DNA of 28,602 nucleotides from Burkholderiales bacterium. GTDB lineage: Bacteria; Pseudomonadota; Gammaproteobacteria; Burkholderiales; JACQAP01. Below are positions 10,473 to 20,216 of the stretch, in pieces. The translations under genes and the position numbers were made by a program. The stretch is taken from positions 1-28,602 of the forward strand of contig DATMZQ010000007.1 in the NCBI GenBank assembly GCA_035573615.1, read 5' to 3'. The notes under the pieces are model-generated. The model did no database searches and was not told the DNA's origin. It saw only the letters and a program-made list of their open reading frames with translations. How positions within the stretch are numbered: the first letter of the stretch is position 1; each line of letters opens with the position of its first letter.

Positions 10473-10712
10473 ATGAGCGCAAAAGGCCAGTTGTTGCAAG
10501 ACCCATTTTTGAATGCCCTACGCAAAGAGCACGTTCCCGTTTCGATTTATCTGGTGAATGGCATCAAGCTGCAAGGACAGATCGAGTCCTTTGACCAATA
10601 CGTGGTCCTGCTGAAGAATACGGTCACGCAGATGGTATACAAGCATGCTATTTCCACCGTCGTGCCGGCCCGTCCAGTGAACTTGTCCCTGGAGCATGGG
10701 TCGGAAGACTGA
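10473..10712 (+). CDS. hfq: RNA chaperone Hfq
   Basis: [22 protein letters not shown], and MVYKHAIST (Sm2); AAGGAG SD; 79 aa with a short C-terminal tail. Confidence 0.99.
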   Translation: MSAKGQLLQDPFLNALRKEHVPVSIYLVNGIKLQGQIESFDQYVVLLKNTVTQMVYKHAISTVVPARPVNLSLEHGSED

Positions 10713-10786
10713 GTGTTCGTCGATCCGTCTTTGTATCCTCTGTTGATTGCACCGCGCGCGTTCTCCCGAATCAGGGGAGATGACGC

Positions 10787-11950
10787 TTGAATTCGCGCGT
10801 AGCGCGCGCCTTATTCCCCGATAGCGGATCCACCTCCGATCGTCCGTGGGGAAGCGACCGCGCCGTCCTAGTCAGTCTTGACTTCGGCAAGCTGGATTTC
10901 ACCGAGTCGCAAGAGGAAATTCGCCGGCTTGCAGAAAGTGCAGGAGTGCAGCCGGTTGGCGCCATCAAGGGCAAACGCCAGCGGCCGGACGCGGCGACTT
11001 TCGCCGGCTCCGGAAAGGTGGAAGAGATTGCGACCGCCGTGCAGTCGAACGCGGCATCGCTTGTACTATTCAACCATGATCTTTCCCCCGCACAGCAGCG
11101 TAACCTCGAGCGGCGGTTCGAATGCCGCGTGATCGACCGAAGCAGTCTGATTCTGGATATTTTCGCGCAACGTGCCCGTTCCCACGAAGGCAAGCTTCAA
11201 GTTGAGCTTGCTCAACTTGAGCACCTGTCCACGAGGCTGGTGCGAGGTTGGACTCACCTTGAACGCCAGAAAGGCGGTATCGGGCTGCGCGGACCTGGCG
11301 AAACGCAGCTTGAAACAGACCGTCAGCTGTTGCGCAAGCGGGTCAAGGTTTTGAAGGACAAGCTCGATACGGTGCATCGGCAACGCCAAACAAGGCGCCG
11401 CGCCAGACAGCGCGGTCAGGCGTTGTCTGTTTCGCTGGTGGGTTATACCAATGCCGGCAAGTCGACATTATTCAACCGGCTGACCCATGGTGATGCGTAT
11501 GCGGCGGACCAGTTGTTTGCAACATTGGACACGACTTCCCGGCGCATCAGCGGTGCCCACGGGTCCGCCATCATCATGTCCGACACCGTCGGGTTCATCC
11601 GGGATCTTCCCCATACGCTGGTAGCCGCGTTCAGTGCGACACTGGAAGAAACAGTGCAGGCCGATTTGCTTCTGCATGTCGTGGATGCTGCCAGTCCGGC
11701 ACGCGACGATCAGATCTCAGAAGTGAACAAGGTGCTTGCCGAGATCAACGCCGATTGCGTTCCACAGGTGGTCGTGTTGAACAAGATCGACGCAGCCGGT
11801 CTGCAACCCGGTGTCGAGCGAGATCAGTATGGTAAGATCAGTTCGATTCGCGTTAGCGCGACAACGGGCGCCGGAATCGGCTATATACGCGCCATGCTTT
11901 CCGAATTGCATGAAATGCAGCGCAATGCCGATGGCATTGTCGCAGCCTGA
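10787..11950 (+). CDS. hflX: Ribosome-splitting GTPase HflX
   Basis: GSGKVEEI, QVELAQL, GPGETQLETDR, G1 GYTNAGKS, DTVGFI and NKID. TTG start 7 nt after GGAG; the in-frame codon at 10781-10783 is a stop. Confidence 0.95.
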   Translation: MNSRVARALFPDSGSTSDRPWGSDRAVLVSLDFGKLDFTESQEEIRRLAESAGVQPVGAIKGKRQRPDAATFAGSGKVEEIATAVQSNAASLVLFNHDLSPAQQRNLERRFECRVIDRSSLILDIFAQRARSHEGKLQVELAQLEHLSTRLVRGWTHLERQKGGIGLRGPGETQLETDRQLLRKRVKVLKDKLDTVHRQRQTRRRARQRGQALSVSLVGYTNAGKSTLFNRLTHGDAYAADQLFATLDTTSRRISGAHGSAIIMSDTVGFIRDLPHTLVAAFSATLEETVQADLLLHVVDAASPARDDQISEVNKVLAEINADCVPQVVVLNKIDAAGLQPGVERDQYGKISSIRVSATTGAGIGYIRAMLSELHEMQRNADGIVAA

Positions 11951-11957
11951 ACACGAA

Positions 11958-11973
11958 GGCTCCTGTCGGAGCC
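11958..11973 (+). other. Intergenic stem-loop between hflX and hflK
   Basis: GGCTCC-TGTC-GGAGCC, a perfect 6-bp stem with no U-tract. Confidence 0.5.
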
Positions 11974-12004
11974 GGACTTCCTTCAAAATTGAAAGCAGCA
12001 AGAA

Positions 12005-13189
12005 ATGGCATTGAATGATCCGCAGTGGGGAAAGCGCGGCAACGACGGTCCGCCTGATCTCGACGAATTATGGCGGCGCGTAAACCAGCGTCTGAATTCC
12101 CTGTTTGGCGGCAAGGGCGGGGGCGGAAATACCCCGTCTGCGCCGGGCGGCCGGCAGTTTGGCAGTGGTTTCGGCCTGCTGGTCATACTGGTCGTGATCG
12201 TATGGCTGGCCAGCGGGTTTTACATCGTCGATGCCAGCCAACGTGGCGTGGTGCTGCGCTTTGGAAAATTCGTGGAATCGACGCTTCCGGGCCCGCGCTG
12301 GCATTTTCCGTGGCCCATGGAGTCAGCGGAAGTCGTCAACGTTACCGGCGTCCGGACCGTGGAAATCGGCTACCGCAATAATGTCAAAAGCAAGGTGCAG
12401 AATGAATCGCTGATGATCACGGACGACGAAAATATCATCGACATCCAGTTTGCCGTGCAATACATCCTCAAGGACCCGCAGGATTACCTGTTCAATAATC
12501 GCGACGCCGACAAATCGGTAATGCAGGCGGCTGAATCGGCGATCCGGGAAGTCGTCGGTAAGAGCAAGATGGACTTCCTGCTCTCGGGCGGCAAGGAAAA
12601 AATCGTCGAAACGGTGCAGATCCTTCTGCAGAAGATCCTGGACCGCTATAAAACCGGCATCAGCGTCATGCGAGTCACCATGCAGGATGCACAAGCGCCC
12701 GAGGAGGTCCAGGCTGCGTTTGCCGATGCGGTGAAAGCCGGCCAGGATCGCGAGCGCCAGATCAATGAAGGCCAATCCTATTTCAACGACGTCGTGCCAA
12801 AGGCAAAGGGCACATCCGCACGCCTGCTCCAGGAAGGAGAAGGTTATCGCCAGAGCGTAATCGCAAACGCCGAGGGCGAGGCCTCGCGATTCAACCAGAT
12901 TGTCACCGAATACAGCAAGGCACCGGTCGTGACGCGGCAACGGCTTTACCTCGATGCCATGCAGCAGGTCCTGTCCAATTCCAGCAAGGTGGTGGTCGAC
13001 CAGAAGGCCGGCAATAACCTGCTGTACCTTCCGCTGGACAAGATCATGCAACTCAGCGCGACCAGCGGCGCGTCCGCCGATGCGGCAAACAAGTCATCGC
13101 CCGAATCCGTGTCTCCGACACCGGCACCCGCGGAAGTTTCGCCGAGATCCCGGGATGCTTTCCGCAACCGGGAAAGGGAGCCGCGATGA
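12005..13189 (+). CDS. hflK: FtsH protease modulator HflK (SPFH family)
   Basis: MALNDPQWG...GPPDLDELW N-terminus, TM helix, GVVLRFG, MITDDENI, PEEVQAAFADA and TRQRLYLDAM. Confidence 0.97.
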   Translation: MALNDPQWGKRGNDGPPDLDELWRRVNQRLNSLFGGKGGGGNTPSAPGGRQFGSGFGLLVILVVIVWLASGFYIVDASQRGVVLRFGKFVESTLPGPRWHFPWPMESAEVVNVTGVRTVEIGYRNNVKSKVQNESLMITDDENIIDIQFAVQYILKDPQDYLFNNRDADKSVMQAAESAIREVVGKSKMDFLLSGGKEKIVETVQILLQKILDRYKTGISVMRVTMQDAQAPEEVQAAFADAVKAGQDRERQINEGQSYFNDVVPKAKGTSARLLQEGEGYRQSVIANAEGEASRFNQIVTEYSKAPVVTRQRLYLDAMQQVLSNSSKVVVDQKAGNNLLYLPLDKIMQLSATSGASADAANKSSPESVSPTPAPAEVSPRSRDAFRNREREPR

Positions 13190-14064
13190 AATTCAATATC
13201 AGTACCGTGCTGATCGCGATTGTCATAGTGCTGGTCATTGCCAGCTTGAGCCTGTTTACTGTCGACCAGCGTCAGAATGCCATCGTATTCCGGCTGGGTG
13301 AAATTGTCGCCGTTAAAACGGTGCCGGGATTGTTCTTCAAGGTTCCTCTAGTCGATAACGTTCGCTATTTCGACTCGCGCATCCTTACGCTGGATGCAGA
13401 AGAGGCGCAGCGCTTCGTCACTGCGGAAAACAAACCCGTGCTCGTGGATTCGTTTGTCAAATGGCGCATCATCGACGTCAAGCAATACTACGTCAGCGTG
13501 CAGGGGGACGAGAATCTGGCGCGCGTGCGGTTGACGCAAGCGGTCAACGGCAGCCTTCGAGAGGAATTCGGCAAGCGTACCATCCACGAGGTCGTTTCCG
13601 GGGAACGCGAGAAAATTATGGATCTGATGCGAGAAAAAGCGGATCAGACATCCCGTGAAATCGGCGTCCAGGTACTGGACGTACGCCTGAAGCGGGTTGA
13701 TTTCACGCCCGAGATCAGCGAATCGGTGTATGGCAGGATGCAGGCAGAGCGCAAGCGCGTGGCCAATGAACTACGCTCAACCGGATTTGCCGAGGCGGAA
13801 AAAATACGTGCCGATGCCGACAAACAACGCCAGGTGGTCATTGCACAGGCCTATCGCGATGCGCAGCGGCTGAAAGGCGACGGGGATGCGAAGGCATCCG
13901 CGATTTATGCACGAGCCTTCGAACGCAATCCCGAGTTCTATGCTTTCTACCGCAGTCTCGAGGCGTACCGGCAAAGCTTCAAGAATAAATCCGATCTCAT
14001 GATCCTTGAGCCCAATTCAGAGTTTTTCAAGTATATGAAGAATCCGGCCGGCCACGCCAAATAG
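13186..14064 (+). CDS. hflC: FtsH protease modulator HflC (SPFH family)
   Basis: N-terminal TM, VDSFVKWRI, DVRLKR, RMQAER, and PEFYAFYRSLEAY; ATGA overlap with hflK. Confidence 0.97.
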   Translation: MKFNISTVLIAIVIVLVIASLSLFTVDQRQNAIVFRLGEIVAVKTVPGLFFKVPLVDNVRYFDSRILTLDAEEAQRFVTAENKPVLVDSFVKWRIIDVKQYYVSVQGDENLARVRLTQAVNGSLREEFGKRTIHEVVSGEREKIMDLMREKADQTSREIGVQVLDVRLKRVDFTPEISESVYGRMQAERKRVANELRSTGFAEAEKIRADADKQRQVVIAQAYRDAQRLKGDGDAKASAIYARAFERNPEFYAFYRSLEAYRQSFKNKSDLMILEPNSEFFKYMKNPAGHAK

Positions 14065-14136
14065 CAGAGTACAGAACGGCTCAATTGCGCGAATGCGCGG
14101 CGGCAAAGCAACGAAGGAGCCTATACGAATACGCTG

Positions 14137-14307
14137 ATGACCGCGATGGCGCTGATGCTGGTCATCGAAGGCCTGCTTCCATTTTTGGTTCCGAAGGTCT
14201 GGCGCGATGCCTTTCGACGATTGACGGAACTGTCGGACGGGCAAGTCCGTTTCATCGGACTATCATCGATGCTGGCCGGACTGCTGCTGCTTTTCCTGAC
14301 GAAATAG
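14137..14307 (+). CDS. DUF2065 family small membrane protein (YjeT-like)
   Basis: Not in the ORF track. Translation MTAMALMLVIEGLLPFLVPKVWRDAFRRLTELSDGQVRFIGLSSMLAGLLLLFLTK* matches the DUF2065 pattern (LxxxxEG..P..W...QxRxxG), and it sits after hflC as E. coli yjeT does. The true start may be ACG at 14125. Confidence 0.88.
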   Translation: MTAMALMLVIEGLLPFLVPKVWRDAFRRLTELSDGQVRFIGLSSMLAGLLLLFLTK

Positions 14308-14369
14308 CAGAACATTGCATTGTTGAACCCAATCGCCGTGCGTGCAGTGGACTGGCGCGCAGAATGATC

Positions 14370-16876
<2,507 letters not shown>

Positions 16877-16907
16877 CAGCGGCACAGGAAGCATTGCAGG
16901 GAGTGAT

Positions 16908-16994
16908 TGGTGCCGAGAAGAGGACTCGAACCTCCACAGTGTTGCCACCGCCAGGACCTGAACCTGGTGCGTCTACCAATTCCGCCATCTCGGC
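16908..16994 (-). tRNA. tRNA-Leu, anticodon CAG
   Basis: Acceptor stem GCCGAGA/TCTCGGC, D-loop AATTGGTAGA, anticodon arm CCAGG-TTCAGGT-CCTGG, long variable arm CGGTG-GCAA-CACTG, T-loop TTCGAGT, discriminator A and encoded CCA; 87 nt. Confidence 0.98.
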
Positions 16995-17008
16995 ACGGAA
17001 GGGCGCAA

Positions 17009-17037
17009 AATGTAATGGGAAAGTGCTGCTTTGTCAA
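17009..17037 (-). promoter_or_regulatory. sigma70 promoter of tRNA-Leu with GC-rich discriminator
   Basis: Minus strand: TTGACA (17037-17032), exactly 17 nt, TACATT (17014-17009), then GC-rich TTGCGCCC as in stringently controlled stable-RNA promoters. Confidence 0.85.
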
Positions 17038-17073
17038 CGAAACGGCCGCTCGTTTCAGAATCAAATTGCCTGA

Positions 17074-19308
17074 ATGAAAACTCCAAAAAAAACATCTAAG
17101 AAAGCTGCGATTTCCGCCGCAAGAAAAAGCCGGGCGCGGGCCGGGAGCGCCGATATCCGCGAGCTTGATCCATTCCTGGAGCGCGAACGCTCGCGCTACG
17201 AAAGTCCACTCCCGAGTCGTGAACATATTTTGGCCGTGCTGATGGAGCAAGGCGTCCCGGTTTCCGTGGAAAAACTGGCTCAATTGCTGTCCATTTCAGA
17301 GCAGGAAACCGAGACATTCGAACGTCGCCTGGCCGCCATGCAACGTGACGGCCAGATCATGCGCAATCGCAAAGCTGCCATTTGCGTCGTGGACAAGCTT
17401 GATCTCATCAAAGGCAGGGTCCAAGGACATCCGGATGGGTTCGGGTTCCTGCTGCGAGACGACGATGGAGAAGACCTGTTCCTGAATCCGGCCGAAATGT
17501 CCAAGGTGTTGCATGGGGATCGCGTGGTCGCGCGCGAAGGCGGTGTCAGCGCGCGCGGACGACGTGAGGGGCATATCGTCGAAGTTCTCGAGCGGGCAAA
17601 TCGAAAAGTGGTCGGCCGTTTCCTGAAGGAGCACGGAATTGGCGTGGTGGCTGCGGAGGACCGGCGCATCAGTCAGGACATCCTTATTCCGGCGGGTGCG
17701 AACGGCGGTGCCAAGCCGGGTCAAGTCGTGATCGCCGAGATAATCGATCAGCCGCAACGCCACGCCCAACCGGTAGGCCGCATCATCGAGGTACTGGGCA
17801 ACTATGCCGATCCGGGAATCGAAATCGCATTGAGGAAGCACGATCTGCCTCACGAATTTTCGCCGGAAGTTGAAAAAGCGGCCTCCAAATTTCCGCCTGG
17901 CGTGACTGACGCAGATCTCAAGGGACGGGAAGATTTGCGCAAGCTGCCTCTTGTGACCATCGATGGAGAAACGGCAAAGGATTTCGATGATGCGGTTTAT
18001 TGCGAGCGCCACGGCAAGGGATTCAAGCTCTGGGTGGCGATAGCCGACGTCAGCCATTATGTGAAGCATGGGGATCCGATCGATCTGGAAGCGCGCGAGC
18101 GCGGCAACTCGGTATATTTCCCGCGGCGCGTGATTCCGATGCTCCCCGAAGTGCTGTCCAATGGCCTGTGTTCACTGATGCCACAAGTGGACCGGTTGTG
18201 CATGGTGTGCGAAATGGATATCTCCGCGCGGGGAGAGATCGCGGCATATCGCTTCTACCCCGCAGTCATGCATTCGCACGCGCGGCTGACGTATACGCAG
18301 GTTGCTCAGGCAATCGACCAGCCGCCGGGGGAATCCGCACGCGAACTCGGAATGCTGCTTCCCCATTTGCAGGCACTGCATGCGCTCTATCAGGGCCTGG
18401 TGAAAGCACGCGCATTGCGTGGCGCAATCGATTTCGAGACCGTGGAAACGCAGATGTTTTTCGACGACAAGGGAAAGATCGAGCGCATTGTCCCGACACA
18501 ACGCAATGATGCCCATCGTCTGATCGAAGAATGCATGCTCGCCGCGAACGTCAGCGCATCGGAGTTTCTGTCGAAACACGAGCATGTTGCACTGTATCGC
18601 GTACACGAAGGGCCCACGCCGGAGAAGCTTGCGGCGCTGCGCGAGTTTCTGCGCGAGTTCGGCCTTCAGTTGACCGGCGGCGAGGATCCCCACGCCAAGG
18701 ACTATGCTCGCCTGCTGGAAAAGATCAAGGCTAGACCTGACGTGCAATTGCTGCAGACCGTGATGCTGCGCTCCCTGCGACAAGCAGTTTACAGCCCGGA
18801 AAATGTGGGCCATTTCGGACTTGCATACGAGGCGTATACGCATTTCACCTCGCCGATCCGGCGCTATCCGGATCTGCTCATTCACCGGTCCATCAAAGCG
18901 GTACTGGCCGGCAAACGCTATGAACCGGGCAACTGGCAGGAGCTTGGCGTCCATTCATCCGAAACGGAACGCCGCGCGGATGAAGCCACGCGCGATGTCG
19001 AGGCCTGGCTCAAGTGCTACTACATGCAGGACCGCATCGGAGAGCGATTTACGGCAACGGTGAGCGGCGTGGCAAATTTTGGCGTGTTCGTCGCGCTGCA
19101 CGAGGTTTATGTGGAAGGACTGGTACATATCTCGGAGCTTGGAGCCGACTATTTCCATTTCGATGCGACGAAACACCAGCTGCTTGGAGAGCGCACGGGA
19201 AAACGCTTTCGCCTCGGCGATCGTATACCGGTGAAACTGGTGCGCGTCGATCTTGAAACAGCGAAGATTGATTTCGTTCTGGACGATGGCGCGAGAATCG
19301 CGCGATGA
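17074..19308 (+). CDS. rnr: Ribonuclease R
   Basis: N-terminal PLPSREHIL winged-helix region, GHPDGFGF cold-shock domain, catalytic TIDGETAKDFDDA, HFTSPIRRYPDL, ERRADEA and a C-terminal S1 domain; 744 aa. Confidence 0.97.
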   Translation: MKTPKKTSKKAAISAARKSRARAGSADIRELDPFLERERSRYESPLPSREHILAVLMEQGVPVSVEKLAQLLSISEQETETFERRLAAMQRDGQIMRNRKAAICVVDKLDLIKGRVQGHPDGFGFLLRDDDGEDLFLNPAEMSKVLHGDRVVAREGGVSARGRREGHIVEVLERANRKVVGRFLKEHGIGVVAAEDRRISQDILIPAGANGGAKPGQVVIAEIIDQPQRHAQPVGRIIEVLGNYADPGIEIALRKHDLPHEFSPEVEKAASKFPPGVTDADLKGREDLRKLPLVTIDGETAKDFDDAVYCERHGKGFKLWVAIADVSHYVKHGDPIDLEARERGNSVYFPRRVIPMLPEVLSNGLCSLMPQVDRLCMVCEMDISARGEIAAYRFYPAVMHSHARLTYTQVAQAIDQPPGESARELGMLLPHLQALHALYQGLVKARALRGAIDFETVETQMFFDDKGKIERIVPTQRNDAHRLIEECMLAANVSASEFLSKHEHVALYRVHEGPTPEKLAALREFLREFGLQLTGGEDPHAKDYARLLEKIKARPDVQLLQTVMLRSLRQAVYSPENVGHFGLAYEAYTHFTSPIRRYPDLLIHRSIKAVLAGKRYEPGNWQELGVHSSETERRADEATRDVEAWLKCYYMQDRIGERFTATVSGVANFGVFVALHEVYVEGLVHISELGADYFHFDATKHQLLGERTGKRFRLGDRIPVKLVRVDLETAKIDFVLDDGARIAR

Positions 19309-20057
19309 GCGAAAGGCGGGTCGTGTACGGATTGCATGCCGTGACGGCCGCGCTAAGACGCCGCCCGGGTGCAGTTTTCGAGGTGTTCCTGGCTGGCGGT
19401 CGCAGCGACCCGCGGGCGCGCCGTGTTGCCGAACTGGCCAAGACCGCTGGGGTACGATTGCACGAGGTCGACGTAGAACGCCTGAATGGATTTGCCAAAG
19501 GCGGGCGTCACCAGGGCGTGGCGGCTTTCGTGGAACAGGTCTCCCTAGCGGCCTCGCTCGATGATGTGCTGGACGATCTTGCCGAGCCTGCGCTGTTACT
19601 GGTACTCGATGGCGTGCAAGATCCGCACAACCTGGGCGCCTGCCTGCGGGTTGCGGACGGCATGGGAGTACACGCGGTTGTCGCGCCCAAGGATCGCGCG
19701 ACCGGCTTGACCGCCACGGTACATAAGGTCGCCTCGGGGGCCGCCGAGAGTGTGCCGTTTGTCGCCGTAACGAACCTGGCCAGAACACTGAGAGAACTGA
19801 AAGATAAGGGCATTTGGGTAGTGGGCGCGGTGGGGGACGGCGCCGTCAGGACGCTATTCGACGCGAAGCTTTCGGGGCCTCTTGCCCTGGTGGTCGGTGC
19901 CGAGGACGAGGGGTTGCGCAGGCTCACGCGCGAAACCTGCGATGAACTCCTGTCGATTCCAATGCTCGGGCAGGTTGAGAGCCTGAACGTCTCGGTCGCG
20001 GCGGGCATTTTGCTCTATGAGGCCCGCCGTCAGCGGTCCGAATCCCGTAAGGCCTGA
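19305..20057 (+). CDS. rlmB: 23S rRNA (guanosine-2'-O)-methyltransferase RlmB (SPOUT/TrmH family)
   Basis: VYGLHAV, HQGV, LDGVQDPHNLGACLR, VVGAEDEG and ESLNVSVA; ATGA overlap with rnr. Confidence 0.95.
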   Translation: MSERRVVYGLHAVTAALRRRPGAVFEVFLAGGRSDPRARRVAELAKTAGVRLHEVDVERLNGFAKGGRHQGVAAFVEQVSLAASLDDVLDDLAEPALLLVLDGVQDPHNLGACLRVADGMGVHAVVAPKDRATGLTATVHKVASGAAESVPFVAVTNLARTLRELKDKGIWVVGAVGDGAVRTLFDAKLSGPLALVVGAEDEGLRRLTRETCDELLSIPMLGQVESLNVSVAAGILLYEARRQRSESRKA

Positions 20058-20073
20058 TCAGGCTTAAAGAAGG

Positions 20074-20103
20074 TTGAGGCGCCGACGGCCTCGCTGCTAT
20101 ACT
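20074..20103 (+). promoter_or_regulatory. Candidate rpsB promoter (extended -10)
   Basis: TTGAGG (20074-20079), 18-nt spacer, TG-C-TATACT (20095-20103). Extended -10 rpsB promoters are known in gammaproteobacteria. Confidence 0.7.
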
Positions 20104-20113
20104 TTCAAGTTAA

Positions 20114-20205
20114 CCGCGGACACGTTTAGCTCGCGGCAAATCCACACGCCAGCCAAGTAATGGGTGCCCGTCACAGGGTCCGGCCGGCGGAGGCTTAACC
20201 CTTAC
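20114..20205 (+). promoter_or_regulatory. rpsB 5' leader, ribosomal protein S2 autoregulatory element (t44-like)
   Basis: Carries the conserved blocks CACACG, GGGTGCC, GGGTC and GGAGGC-T-TAACCC in the order I recall from the E. coli rpsB leader, plus a 5' hairpin CCGCGG/TCGCGG (20114-20136). Confidence 0.75.
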
Positions 20206-20216
20206 AGGAGAACAGA

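Noticed and set aside
12107-12130. G-rich tract in hflK as a G-quadruplex element
   Set aside because: It is explained by the Gly-rich N-terminal linker (GGKGGGG) typical of HflK.
14085-14369. 95-codon N-terminal extension of hisZ given in the ORF track
   Set aside because: It overlaps the DUF2065 gene in another frame and starts at a TTG with no SD. HisZ homology begins at MQKWLLP (14370).
16877-16930. tRNA-Leu 3' end as an integration site
   Set aside because: purA ends 31 nt away and I saw no duplicate of the tRNA 3' end in the window, so the site is unoccupied.
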